DNA from: a virus
Length of the DNA: 64,000 nucleotides
Virus record (IMG/VR): IMGVR_UViG_3300045988_140118
Reading direction: 5' to 3' (one strand)
The first letter of the stretch is position 1. The number at the start of each line of letters is the position of its first letter. A program made the position numbers and the translations under genes. Shown one piece after another: positions 16,557-25,561 of this stretch. Below the pieces are notes generated by a model, which was not told the DNA's origin, made no database searches, and saw only the letters and a list, made by a program, of their open reading frames with translations.

Positions 16557-17206
16557 AAAAACGATTGTCTAGAAAAGAATACACGGAGATAAGTGAGGAG
16601 ATCAGAGCTGCCGTTGAAGAAGTAGCCAAAAAACACGGGTTCACAAGCAGCATCCCTTCCTTTACTTTTAACGAAGGTGTTAAAGGAATATTTAACGGAG
16701 TGCTCCGGTTGATGGATGGTGATGACATCCTGTTTACCTCAAAAGAACATACAACGGCTGATACGTATGCAAAAGATGTGGTGTTTCCCGGAGCACATAT
16801 CCTAGGAAGTAAGTTTAAAGGTGTCCCCGGACTTCCGGCCCTTACTTTCACCATAGTAGATATAAGAAAAAGTAAACTTACCCCTTTTGTAGTAGTAAGC
16901 GAGGAGGGTGATAAGTATAAGGTGGGAATCGAATTACTGCGCAGAGCTACTTTTATTACGGAGGAAGGAGATTGCGTCCCCTTTACAATGAAGACCTTTG
17001 TCAGTTTCTTGCAAGGTGAGACTTTTAGAGCCGCTTTTAAATTCTTCACATATGAAGAACGTTCCGACCTTAACCTGATTCGTGAAAAGATAAACCGGTT
17101 GGGCAATGTGCCTCTTGATGTGATTGAGAAGGTGTATAGGTTTGTTCTCCGGACAGATATGCTGAGTGCTTTTAAAGTAATAAAAAGATACGAAAAAACT
17201 TTGTGA
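16553..17206 (+). CDS. hypothetical protein
   Basis: 217 aa with balanced composition and a 4-nt overlap to the upstream gene. Preferred over the 261-aa antisense ORF. Confidence 0.6.
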   Translation: MKKRLSRKEYTEISEEIRAAVEEVAKKHGFTSSIPSFTFNEGVKGIFNGVLRLMDGDDILFTSKEHTTADTYAKDVVFPGAHILGSKFKGVPGLPALTFTIVDIRKSKLTPFVVVSEEGDKYKVGIELLRRATFITEEGDCVPFTMKTFVSFLQGETFRAAFKFFTYEERSDLNLIREKINRLGNVPLDVIEKVYRFVLRTDMLSAFKVIKRYEKTL

Positions 17207-17526
17207 TTATGAATACAAGAGATTTTAAGAGACTGATCGTGGTAGGATTTGACCTGCCTTCTTTGTACAAACGTTCGGTATGGAGACAAGCGGAAGAAGT
17301 GATGAACGTACTTGTGAAACATTGTCCGGTAGTGAAAGCCACTCCACGGTCAGCCTGCAAGTTTGCTTTTACCGGAGCCATGACAAATACGACCATAGAT
17401 GAACTGGTAAAAGTATACAGATCGAAAACTCCTCTGAGAAAAGAACTGGACGATATGCGTGAACTGGCTTCTCAGAACAACATTCCCTTAAACAGCTTTA
17501 AATTATTAACCCTTTATTTGAAATAA
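17203..17526 (+). CDS. hypothetical protein
   Basis: 107 aa with a 4-nt overlap to the upstream gene. Confidence 0.55.
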   Translation: MIMNTRDFKRLIVVGFDLPSLYKRSVWRQAEEVMNVLVKHCPVVKATPRSACKFAFTGAMTNTTIDELVKVYRSKTPLRKELDDMRELASQNNIPLNSFKLLTLYLK

Positions 17527-17527
17527 T

Positions 17528-18946
17528 ATGGAATCGAAAAAATTAATTGCCTGCCTGAAAGGTTGCAGAACCCGTTACAGTAAAAATGCAGATCCTAAGA
17601 TGGAGTCCAAAGTAGTAACTTCTTTATTAAAGGACAGTGACCCTTCTTTCCTGCAAATGTTGAAAGAAAAAAGTTCCGACCTATATCACTACGTAAATAC
17701 AGTTTTGAGCGTATCCGACCTTAAAACGCCTAAATTGACGAGATCTCCTGTGGTACTTCCTTCTGAAAATACGGAATGTCTCGCACACAGTACAAAAGGA
17801 GTGGTCTATGAAATTGACACCATCAAGAAAACCTGTAAACGGGTACTCTCCGATCTGTCACAGTTAGCCGATACAGAAATCGAGATGGAGGAAATGCCGA
17901 TGACGGTTTACCAAAGATACCTGAAGGATAAATTTTTCGGTGAGACTGTAGTCATTAAAAAAGGAAAACTCCTGTTCAGAGGATACCGGGTTTCCTGCAC
18001 AAAGGAAAACGGTTTTATGATTGAGGATACCATGAATAAATATAAAGTGGTAGATACAACATTCGAGGGCATCCCTACTCCGGCAGAATTGGGAGAATTT
18101 TTCGTCCGTCCTCGTGTAGAGCATACACCGGAAGATTTACATGCTGCTGTTGAAAGAGGCAAACAGCTAGCTTCCGAAAAAACAAAGACGGTCAGTATTG
18201 AAGTGGAAGAACCGGAAGAAGTAGACTTCGAAACACTCCGGTTAAAAGTGCTCGGAAAGATTAACGCTATCCGTGAAGGAAAGGTTTCAAACTTTGACCC
18301 GGTGGATTTTCCGAAGATGATACCGTTTCGCAGATGGAAACGTTCGGTATCTATCCATATTAATAAATGGAAGAACAAAAAGCTCCGGTATAAAACTTTA
18401 TTAGCCGCCATTGAGAAAGTAACTCGTGAGGAGACTTTCGTGGTAGAGGAAAAAAATCACCGGAGTTCTTTTGTAGGAACTATCCTTCCCGAATTTAAAA
18501 CAGTAGGACGGTTGATCGGTAACAAACTGGAGGTAGACGGTAAGTTGGTGGACGCTGTTCCTTTCTTGCAGGCTCACTTACTCCATTATGAACCGAAAGC
18601 CATGCAACAACTAATGCGATTTGCCCGACACGAGATTGATGCGGTAACTTTGCTACAGAATCCTTATCACGATGACTGGAAGATTGAGTACAACAGCAAA
18701 CTGTTACCCAATACCAAAGAGGTAGCCGATATTCTCTCCGCCTTACATGAAAGTACAGGACTTTGTGTACCACAAGATGTTTTATATGAAGCAGACCTGA
18801 AAATTGGAGATAAAATACTTATATTTGTCGATGGCTCTTGGAAACGTAAAACAATTACTGAGCTTGAAAACGGTATTTGTATCAATAAGGGAGTCGGGCT
18901 AATGAAATATGATAAGTGGATAAAATTAGACGATGAAAAGAAGTGA
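17528..18946 (+). CDS. hypothetical protein (472 aa)
   Basis: Long ATG ORF, 1 nt after the upstream stop. No motif recognised. Confidence 0.65.
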   Translation: MESKKLIACLKGCRTRYSKNADPKMESKVVTSLLKDSDPSFLQMLKEKSSDLYHYVNTVLSVSDLKTPKLTRSPVVLPSENTECLAHSTKGVVYEIDTIKKTCKRVLSDLSQLADTEIEMEEMPMTVYQRYLKDKFFGETVVIKKGKLLFRGYRVSCTKENGFMIEDTMNKYKVVDTTFEGIPTPAELGEFFVRPRVEHTPEDLHAAVERGKQLASEKTKTVSIEVEEPEEVDFETLRLKVLGKINAIREGKVSNFDPVDFPKMIPFRRWKRSVSIHINKWKNKKLRYKTLLAAIEKVTREETFVVEEKNHRSSFVGTILPEFKTVGRLIGNKLEVDGKLVDAVPFLQAHLLHYEPKAMQQLMRFARHEIDAVTLLQNPYHDDWKIEYNSKLLPNTKEVADILSALHESTGLCVPQDVLYEADLKIGDKILIFVDGSWKRKTITELENGICINKGVGLMKYDKWIKLDDEKK

Positions 18947-19292
18947 AATAAAGGATGCTATAATGCGGGTACAGATTGATGCTGCCATAATGACGATGGA
19001 ACAGTTTCTTTCAGAGTACTCCAACATTACAGAGGAACATTATTGGGGACAGATGAAAAATCTGGATTACCCGATGGTAAAGACAGTCTTGTTTAATAGT
19101 CTTCGGGAGGTAGCGGTGAATCCTCCTCCCGTTGAAAAGGCTATAATAGAAATGAATAAAAACTTATTCAAGGTTCAACTTTTAAAAATGCTATTTTATG
19201 AAAAATGTTTTGAGACTAAAGATTCTAGGTTTTATCCTGTTATGCTGTGCACAGATCAGTGCACAAAACAAGGTTTCTTTGTTACCTGCTGA
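18933..19292 (+). CDS. hypothetical protein
   Basis: 119 aa. The 3' end overlaps the next ORF by 95 nt, so one of the boundaries is uncertain. Confidence 0.45.
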   Translation: MKRSEIKDAIMRVQIDAAIMTMEQFLSEYSNITEEHYWGQMKNLDYPMVKTVLFNSLREVAVNPPPVEKAIIEMNKNLFKVQLLKMLFYEKCFETKDSRFYPVMLCTDQCTKQGFFVTC

Positions 19293-19677
19293 AATGGTAA
19301 AACACATAGGTGTTTCTGATCGCCCTTCTTTTGAAGAATTAATTGGTGCGCCTAGTGATTCTATCCCTGAACGAAATACATTCGTTTATCACGTGGTAAA
19401 TACGTATGATAATCTACCAACGTCCGTGCATGTTGTTTATAACGTACATACCGGAAAACTTGGTAGTGTACGTTTCGGTTCAAGAAAACATCTGGGTTAT
19501 TGGATGGACTTTTCCCTATTGCCTGGATTTGTTGCCAAACGTGACCAAACCATTTCCGGAAATCCGGAACATCGGGTTACTCTGAGAAGAGGAAAGTTCC
19601 TCTGTATTCTTGATAACATAGAATATGATTATTCGGGAGTTTCATATATGACGGTTATTTATTCTAGAAAGCCATGA
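19198..19677 (+). CDS. predicted secreted protein or lipoprotein
   Basis: N-terminal MKNVLRLKILGFILLCCAQISAQN: basic n-region, hydrophobic core, then either a Cys (lipobox-like LLC) or an AQISA/Q signal-peptidase I site. Confidence 0.55.
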   Translation: MKNVLRLKILGFILLCCAQISAQNKVSLLPAEMVKHIGVSDRPSFEELIGAPSDSIPERNTFVYHVVNTYDNLPTSVHVVYNVHTGKLGSVRFGSRKHLGYWMDFSLLPGFVAKRDQTISGNPEHRVTLRRGKFLCILDNIEYDYSGVSYMTVIYSRKP

Positions 19678-19778
19678 TCTTACTTGGAGTTATTTTTGTT
19701 CTTCTTGCCTGCATGACAAAGAAGAAATTTTGGAGAATCTTATTTTGGATACTTGCTATTTTAATTGTATTCTTTTGA
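19674..19778 (+). CDS. small hydrophobic protein (34 aa, two TM-like segments)
   Basis: Below the ORF-track cutoff, translated by hand: MILLGVIFVLLACMTKKKFWRILFWILAILIVFF. The ATG overlaps the upstream TGA (ATGA). It exactly fills the gap to the next gene. Confidence 0.4.
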   Translation: MILLGVIFVLLACMTKKKFWRILFWILAILIVFF

Positions 19779-19779
19779 T

Positions 19780-20100
19780 ATGGAATTACGTTGTTATAAT
19801 GTAAAGGAGATTTGGCATGAATGTGTCAAGTGCCGGATTGGAGATGACATAGGAATCTATGCTGACAAGTTTGAGCTTCGTAAAGAAGATATTAAGTCAA
19901 TGGTTTCCCAGATAAAGAATGACCACGGAGAAACTTATTGCTGTGAATGTCACATACGACAAGACGGTGAACAATGGACTCCTTATCGTCAGATAGTTGA
20001 GATGCTAATATTAATGGGAGCTAAAGCAGGTGCATTGCATTTCTGCGGCTCCTTAGTAGATAACCCTTTAATTCGTTTTGAACAATATGGCCAGAAATAG
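19780..20100 (+). CDS. hypothetical protein
   Basis: First ATG of track ORF 19765-20100. Confidence 0.5.
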   Translation: MELRCYNVKEIWHECVKCRIGDDIGIYADKFELRKEDIKSMVSQIKNDHGETYCCECHIRQDGEQWTPYRQIVEMLILMGAKAGALHFCGSLVDNPLIRFEQYGQK

Positions 20101-20371
20101 AAAACGTGTCGAGGCAGGTGATCCTGTAGAACTTAGTAACATTCGTGAAATGATAAGAGCGAAGATCATAGAGAATCATGGAAGTATCGCTTATTTCATG
20201 AAGTCCGATTTTGGAAAATCTTTAGGAGGTTTAAAAATAAGAACCTATTTGTATGACTCAGGACCTACAAATTTCAGAATTTTAAGAGACCTGTGTGAAC
20301 ATTTTGGGATCGGATCGCTTTCTAAGAAGGAGAAGATCATTCGCACAGTCACGTATAGATTGAGTAAGTAA
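20078..20371 (+). CDS. hypothetical protein (possible HTH)
   Basis: 97 aa with a basic N-terminus. No secure motif. Confidence 0.5.
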   Translation: MNNMARNRKRVEAGDPVELSNIREMIRAKIIENHGSIAYFMKSDFGKSLGGLKIRTYLYDSGPTNFRILRDLCEHFGIGSLSKKEKIIRTVTYRLSK

Positions 20372-20388
20372 GATCGTTTTTGTAGTAT

Positions 20389-20426
20389 GAAGCGCAACAA
20401 TTAATTTTGTTTGCGCTTCTTTTTTT
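20389..20426 (+). terminator. rho-independent terminator
   Basis: Perfect 9-bp stem GAAGCGCAA / TTGCGCTTC followed by T7. Confidence 0.8.
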
Positions 20427-20440
20427 GTCTAAAAGATTAG

Positions 20441-20448
20441 TATCTTTG
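20441..20448 (+). promoter_or_regulatory. -7 box TATCTTTG
   Basis: TAnnTTTG 36 nt upstream of the ATG at 20485. Confidence 0.5.
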
Positions 20449-20484
20449 TCCCAAAGGGGTGTGAACTTTAAAATTTTAAAACTT

Positions 20485-21135
20485 ATGCAGAAAGAGAAAC
20501 AAATAAAATCGTACCAGCGAAAAACCAAATCAGGTAAAGTAGTTACAGTAAAAGCACATACTGCTAAATATACTGCTGCCGACATGGCTGCTGAAGCATT
20601 GAGAAAAAAGCATGGTGCCGGTAATGAACTTGAAGGACTTAAAAGAAAATCTCCCGGTAATAAAGAAAAACCATCTGAAAGGCAATCCAAGGAACTTCTA
20701 CATTCATCGTCTGGAAAGGTATATAAGAGGGGTAGTTCTGGAGAACTCGTTGAGGTTAACCCATCAAAGACCTCTAAGAAAAAAGAGACTAAAAAACCGA
20801 AACCCCGTTCTAATGCAAAGAGTAAGAATAGGACTATAGGTACAGGAGTTAATGGACCCGTTAAGAAGAGTCCCAAGACGAAAGATGTACTGCCCATTCC
20901 CGAAGCCAAAACTAAGAAACGCATGTCTCCAAAAAGTACAAAAAGAACTGGACACGCTGGGAAATCTACCCCTTTTAGTGGACAGACACAGCTTAAACAG
21001 GAAATGGCTATGTGGAAGAAATCTCCAACAAGTGCTATGGGAAAAGCAAGTAGGAATAATATAACTAAACTTCTTCAAGAGAAGAAAAAGCAGGGTCATA
21101 AACTTACCAAAAGAGAAGAAGCCTTTTTGTGGTAG
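20485..21135 (+). CDS. highly basic Lys-rich protein with shared N-terminal motif (member A)
   Basis: Start moved to ATG 20485, downstream of the terminator and promoter. N-terminus MQKEKQIKSYQRKTKSGKVVTVKAHT. The rest is K/S/P-rich and looks disordered. Contains IGTGVNGPVKK. Confidence 0.65.
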   Translation: MQKEKQIKSYQRKTKSGKVVTVKAHTAKYTAADMAAEALRKKHGAGNELEGLKRKSPGNKEKPSERQSKELLHSSSGKVYKRGSSGELVEVNPSKTSKKKETKKPKPRSNAKSKNRTIGTGVNGPVKKSPKTKDVLPIPEAKTKKRMSPKSTKRTGHAGKSTPFSGQTQLKQEMAMWKKSPTSAMGKASRNNITKLLQEKKKQGHKLTKREEAFLW

Positions 21136-21150
21136 CTAAAATAAAATCAC

Positions 21151-21158
21151 TATCTTTG
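21151..21158 (+). promoter_or_regulatory. -7 box TATCTTTG with -33 TTTG at 21126-21129
   Basis: TAnnTTTG with 21-nt spacing to TTTG. 50 nt upstream of the ATG at 21209. Confidence 0.55.
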
Positions 21159-21159
21159 C

Positions 21160-21195
21160 AGGTGAGCATCGGTAAAACGGTGTTCACCTATTTTT
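21160..21195 (+). terminator. hairpin plus T-run (terminator or leader structure)
   Basis: AGGTGAGCA / TGTTCACCT stem (1 G-U pair) followed by TTTTT. It lies immediately after the -7 box, so its role is ambiguous. Confidence 0.45.
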
Positions 21196-21208
21196 GTACC
21201 CAATAGAA

Positions 21209-21421
21209 ATGCAGATAAATTCATCTAACATAAGAGAAGCTGACTATGATCGAAAAAGTCGTTTACTAAGGATGACTTTTATAAATCGTCCTCGTTGGGA
21301 GTATACTTATTACAATGTTCCCCCGACTATATGGACCCGCTTTCTTCAGGCATCCAGTAAGGGAGGTTACTTTTCCGACTTTATTAGGGATGTGTTTAGA
21401 TATAGTAGAATAATAAAGTAA
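21209..21421 (+). CDS. KTSC domain protein
   Basis: SSNIREADYDRKSRLLRMTFINRPRWEYTYYNVPPTIWTRFLQASSKGGYF fits the KTSC pattern. ATG 21209 chosen over the TTG at 21194. Confidence 0.6.
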   Translation: MQINSSNIREADYDRKSRLLRMTFINRPRWEYTYYNVPPTIWTRFLQASSKGGYFSDFIRDVFRYSRIIK

Positions 21422-21440
21422 CATTAAAATCGTAGAAATT

Positions 21441-21971
21441 ATGGGAACTATTACAAGAGTGTTTGAGTTTGATTGTGCCCATCGGGTAATGAATGAAAAA
21501 GTAAAATGTTTCAATTTGCATGGTCACAGGTTCAAAGCGGAAGTGACCCTTTCTTACTCAGAGAAAGCTGCTTTAGGTTATGCAACCGACTTTAAAGAAT
21601 TGAAAAGGATTTTAGGTGATTTCATAGACAGGTTTTTAGACCATGCCTGTTTACTGAACCCCGAAGATCTGGGTCTTATTACCATGTGCTCCGAAAATAA
21701 ATGGCGCTTGTGGATTATGGGATTAGGACATCATGCGGATGTTAATCCTTCTGCTGAGAATATTGCTTCTGAACTTTTCTACATCTTCAGACAGTTTTTT
21801 CCTAAAGACTCTCAAACCAGTATTGAGAAGATCCGTTTATACGAGACTCCTAATTGTTGGGTAGAGGTTACTGGCTACGACTATGAAGCCACAGAATCTT
21901 TTCAAAAAGAGATTATGAAGTGGAGAAACTCAAAAGGAACATTCAACTACGATATAAGAACTGATATTTGA
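21441..21971 (+). CDS. queD: 6-carboxy-5,6,7,8-tetrahydropterin synthase (QueD / PTPS family)
   Basis: FEFDCAHRV...CFNLHGHRFKAEVTL...DFKELKRILGDFIDRFLDHACLLN matches the QueD catalytic Cys/His and zinc-His pattern. Confidence 0.8.
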   Translation: MGTITRVFEFDCAHRVMNEKVKCFNLHGHRFKAEVTLSYSEKAALGYATDFKELKRILGDFIDRFLDHACLLNPEDLGLITMCSENKWRLWIMGLGHHADVNPSAENIASELFYIFRQFFPKDSQTSIEKIRLYETPNCWVEVTGYDYEATESFQKEIMKWRNSKGTFNYDIRTDI

Positions 21972-21972
21972 T

Positions 21973-23625
21973 ATGCCAAAACTAAGGAAGAAAACTCCTG
22001 ATGAAGAAGGGTATGTATTTCCCGCTACTGGTAAGAGTATAGATGATATACATACTGAAGACATTGCCGGAAAATCTATCTCTTTTGATGCCCACGAGAT
22101 TACAGGTAAGATTATCGAGTTCGGGAAAGTCCTTACAGGAATCTCTTTGTACAAGTATCAAGAAGACATAGCTTATGGAATTATATATTCCGTCATTACT
22201 TTTTCCGGAGATGTAAAGACTGTGCTTCTTTCCAGACAGTCCGGTAAGTCTGAGGTAATGGCATTTGTAATTGATACACTTACCGTTCTAATGCCGGCAC
22301 TTGCAAATATTATCCCTGAGTTCGAACAATTCCAGACCGGATTTCGAATAGGACTGTTTGCTCCACAAAGTGATCAGGTAGAAACTACTTATTCCAGAGC
22401 ACTTGCCAGAATTAATTCCGCTAATGCGGAAATGGTTTTAGATGACCCTGATATTGGTGTTTCTTTGGAAAGTGCCGTTCGTTTGCAATTAAGCAACGGT
22501 TCTTTTCTTGCCGGACAAACTGCCAGTAAACAATCTAAGATCGAGTCTAAAACTTATGACCTAGTAATTGTTGAAGAGGCTCAGGACGTTGATGACTTTA
22601 TTGTCAGCAAGTCCATAGAACCTATGCTTTCTTCTACTGCCGGAACTCTTATTAAAGTAGGTACTACTGGTATGACTAAGAATCACTTTTACTACGAGAT
22701 TCAACATAACCGAAACAGTGACCGAAAACTAAAAGATCCCAGAGTACGGAATCATTTTGAGTATGACTATAAAAAGATTATTCAAGACCGTAAAAAGCAA
22801 TATGATTTAGACCACAAACGTTTCCACCTTAATTACGAGGCGGATGTTTTGCGTAAAAAAGCTCGTTGGGGAGAAGACTCTCAGGCATTTAAACTTGCTT
22901 ATGCGTTGATATGGGACTTGGAAAGCGGTATGCTTATTACCGATAAAGAGTATAATAAACTTCTTAACCGTAAATTAGGCTATCAAGATCCTACCGAAAG
23001 AGACTTGGTAGTTGCTGGTCTGGATATTGCTAAAAGTCCTGCCAGCACTGTCTTGACTATCGGAAAAGTTATCCCAAACGAAGATCCTTTTGAAAGAAAG
23101 AAAAAACAAATTCTTGCGTGGGTTGACCTGAAAGGACTTGACTATGAAGCTCAACACCGTGTTATCATGGATTGTATTGTCGATTTCAATATTTCTATTA
23201 TCTTTGCGGATTATACAGGTGTCGGTAAGCCAGTAGTAGACCGTCTATCATTTGCTTGCGGAGAATATGTATCGGTTGTTCCGTACACATTTACTTCTCA
23301 GAGTAAATCGGATATGTGGTATAACTTCATTAACGAGATTCAGACGCAAAGTTTGATTATCCCGGCTAATAAAACAGTTCGTGAATCTGAGGAATATAAA
23401 TGCTTCGAGGAACAGATTAAAAACTGCCAAAAATATTATAACGGCTCTTACTTAGTCTGTGAAAAGTCGGAGGGATTTTTTGATGACTATGTAGATAGTA
23501 CAGCTCTTATGTGTTTGGCGGGTAATGACGAACCGGAGATTGAAGACGAGATGGAGGTAACTGACAATCCGTTGTACTCGAATATCTCAGATACAATTAA
23601 TGCACTTAGAAGATACTCTTTTTAA
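21973..23625 (+). CDS. terL: terminase large subunit
   Basis: Walker A-like LLSRQSGKSE, Walker B-like YDLVIVEEAQ and a C-terminal nuclease-like AGLDIAKSPASTVLTIG. Positioned upstream of the portal. Confidence 0.85.
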   Translation: MPKLRKKTPDEEGYVFPATGKSIDDIHTEDIAGKSISFDAHEITGKIIEFGKVLTGISLYKYQEDIAYGIIYSVITFSGDVKTVLLSRQSGKSEVMAFVIDTLTVLMPALANIIPEFEQFQTGFRIGLFAPQSDQVETTYSRALARINSANAEMVLDDPDIGVSLESAVRLQLSNGSFLAGQTASKQSKIESKTYDLVIVEEAQDVDDFIVSKSIEPMLSSTAGTLIKVGTTGMTKNHFYYEIQHNRNSDRKLKDPRVRNHFEYDYKKIIQDRKKQYDLDHKRFHLNYEADVLRKKARWGEDSQAFKLAYALIWDLESGMLITDKEYNKLLNRKLGYQDPTERDLVVAGLDIAKSPASTVLTIGKVIPNEDPFERKKKQILAWVDLKGLDYEAQHRVIMDCIVDFNISIIFADYTGVGKPVVDRLSFACGEYVSVVPYTFTSQSKSDMWYNFINEIQTQSLIIPANKTVRESEEYKCFEEQIKNCQKYYNGSYLVCEKSEGFFDDYVDSTALMCLAGNDEPEIEDEMEVTDNPLYSNISDTINALRRYSF

Positions 23626-23634
23626 AATTACGAT

Positions 23635-25230
23635 ATGGGAATAGGTACTATGAATCCTTCAGGACCCGGTAGCTATAACGGCTATCCCGGTTCCGATTAT
23701 TGGGCTGTAGACAGTCGGCCACTTAGCGAAGCTACAAATGTGCTTCGTTCTTTTGTTACGCAGAATATCGTTCAAGATAACCAATGGGAAATAGATCGGT
23801 TGACCCGGTATTATTTGTTCTGGAAATTTTATGATGGACTTCATTACAAAGACTTTAATGATGGGATGCTCTCTTTTAACTATATTCGAGCATTTATTGA
23901 TAAAGTAAATATGTTCCTGTTGGGAGATGAAGCATTTACCTTTCATGTGAAAAGTTTCTATTCTACACAGATAGATAACGAGCTTGAAAAAAATGCCGAG
24001 GAACTAATGATGTATCATTGGGGAAAGTCTAAGAAGGTTTCTCTCGCCTACGAGATGTTACAAATGGGGGGAATTACAGGTGATTGTTGGTTAGGGGTTG
24101 ACTGGATGCCTGATGACCTTGACAGATATTGTAAGATAAGTGTTTACGATAGCCGCCAGGTATTCCCCCATTTTAAAGGGGGAGACTTTAACAACATGGA
24201 TGCTTTGCTGATTCGTATTCCTCTAGATGTGAAAGGAAATGCCCAACCTTACCGTTTGTATGTAATCAGATGGACTCCCAAAAATATGGAGACGTGGTAT
24301 CAGAAAGACGTTTCTATTGATGAAGATTCCGTAGTTAAGTATGACTATACGAAAACTAAAAATGTATATGGATTTATTCCGATCGTACACATTAAAAATA
24401 AACCTAATTCTTCCGGATTTTACGGTAAATCTGATGCAAACGATATATTGAAAATAAACAAAGTATATAACGAATTAATTCAGCAAGTAAAGGCTGTCAT
24501 TGATTATCATGTAACACCTACGACCGTAATTACTGGAGCTTCTGCTAAATCACTGAAAAAAGGACTTGGACAAATATGGTCAGGACTTCCTGCCGAAGCC
24601 AATGTGTTTAATTTAGGTCTTGATGTGGATCTATCTGCTACAGTTAATTTTATCAAAGACTTAAAAACCGCTATGCACGAACTATCTGATGTTCCGGAAA
24701 ACGCATTAGGTAAAATTCAAGCAATAAGCAATACTTCCGCAGCCGCTTTGCAGATTACTTATCATCCGCTATTACAGCAAGCGAATATAAAAGCTATGAC
24801 TTATGGTGAAGGAATTGCCGAAGTAAACCGGATGATCTTTAGGATTCTTGATACGGTAGATCCTGAAAACGAACGTCTAGTTAAAATTAAACAACTAAAC
24901 CCCAATTTTCTTTCTGAGATGTTGGTAGAACCCGTTTTCGCTTATGGTTTCCCGAAAGATAAGATGGATGAATTGCAACGTGCCCAGTTGGAACTTAATA
25001 TGAAATTAGGTAGCAGACGTGAGATTATGGAACGTATGGGTAAACAGAACATTCCTGAACTTTTGCAGGAGATTGATGACGATACTGTACAACAAGCCCT
25101 GTTACAAGTAGAGATTAATGAAATGGTTGCTGGCGGAAATCCTGAAGAATCTACAGAAGCACCTTCTCTTGAAACAGAAGATATTTCTGGAAATGAAGAA
25201 TCTGTTAGCAGTGGTGAAATGACAGAATAA
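23635..25230 (+). CDS. portal protein
   Basis: 531 aa, directly after terL, with an acidic C-terminal tail. Synteny-based call. Confidence 0.7.
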   Translation: MGIGTMNPSGPGSYNGYPGSDYWAVDSRPLSEATNVLRSFVTQNIVQDNQWEIDRLTRYYLFWKFYDGLHYKDFNDGMLSFNYIRAFIDKVNMFLLGDEAFTFHVKSFYSTQIDNELEKNAEELMMYHWGKSKKVSLAYEMLQMGGITGDCWLGVDWMPDDLDRYCKISVYDSRQVFPHFKGGDFNNMDALLIRIPLDVKGNAQPYRLYVIRWTPKNMETWYQKDVSIDEDSVVKYDYTKTKNVYGFIPIVHIKNKPNSSGFYGKSDANDILKINKVYNELIQQVKAVIDYHVTPTTVITGASAKSLKKGLGQIWSGLPAEANVFNLGLDVDLSATVNFIKDLKTAMHELSDVPENALGKIQAISNTSAAALQITYHPLLQQANIKAMTYGEGIAEVNRMIFRILDTVDPENERLVKIKQLNPNFLSEMLVEPVFAYGFPKDKMDELQRAQLELNMKLGSRREIMERMGKQNIPELLQEIDDDTVQQALLQVEINEMVAGGNPEESTEAPSLETEDISGNEESVSSGEMTE

Positions 25231-25273
25231 CCTAAATTTTTGCGTTATATTTTGTTATTTAGAAATAAAGGTG

Positions 25274-25281
25274 TATTTTTG
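25274..25281 (+). promoter_or_regulatory. -7 box TATTTTTG with -33 TTTG at 25251-25254
   Basis: TAnnTTTG with 19-nt spacing to TTTG. 45 nt upstream of the ATG at 25326. Confidence 0.55.
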
Positions 25282-25325
25282 AACCGCTATCAGTAATTAA
25301 ATGTTTCACTAAAAATTTTAAAATC

Positions 25326-25523
25326 ATGGCTGGATTACAGACATTAGATCCCAAAGACCCGGAAGCATTGCACGATATAGGGCAGAGCAAGGGTATGAAA
25401 GTTAGCGAAAAATTCGTTAACCCCGGTACACCGGATTCACCGTTGGTTAGTAGAGAACAGATGACGCAGGCTACCATTAAAGGTAATGGCGCTGAAGTTA
25501 TGAAGGCTAACCTTATTAAGTAA
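25326..25523 (+). CDS. hypothetical protein
   Basis: 65 aa ORF downstream of a promoter box. The antisense 155-aa ORF was rejected. Confidence 0.5.
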   Translation: MAGLQTLDPKDPEALHDIGQSKGMKVSEKFVNPGTPDSPLVSREQMTQATIKGNGAEVMKANLIK

Positions 25524-25561
25524 CTATTCCCAATTTGTAAAACTTCTAATCGTAGAATAAA

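Noticed and set aside
16537-17322. 261-aa minus-strand ORF, the longest antisense ORF in the window
   Set aside because: It lies fully antisense to two well-formed, tightly coupled plus-strand genes (16553-17206, 17203-17526). Its S/L/R/T-rich composition is typical of antisense read-through in a G+C-richer segment. It has no promoter box or partner genes on that strand.
20349-20924. 191-aa minus-strand ORF opposite the Lys-rich gene
   Set aside because: It is the antisense of AAR/AAG-rich coding sequence, which gives an F/L/S-rich pseudo-protein. It runs through the strong plus-strand terminator and promoter at 20389-20448. The plus-strand gene belongs to a four-member paralog family.
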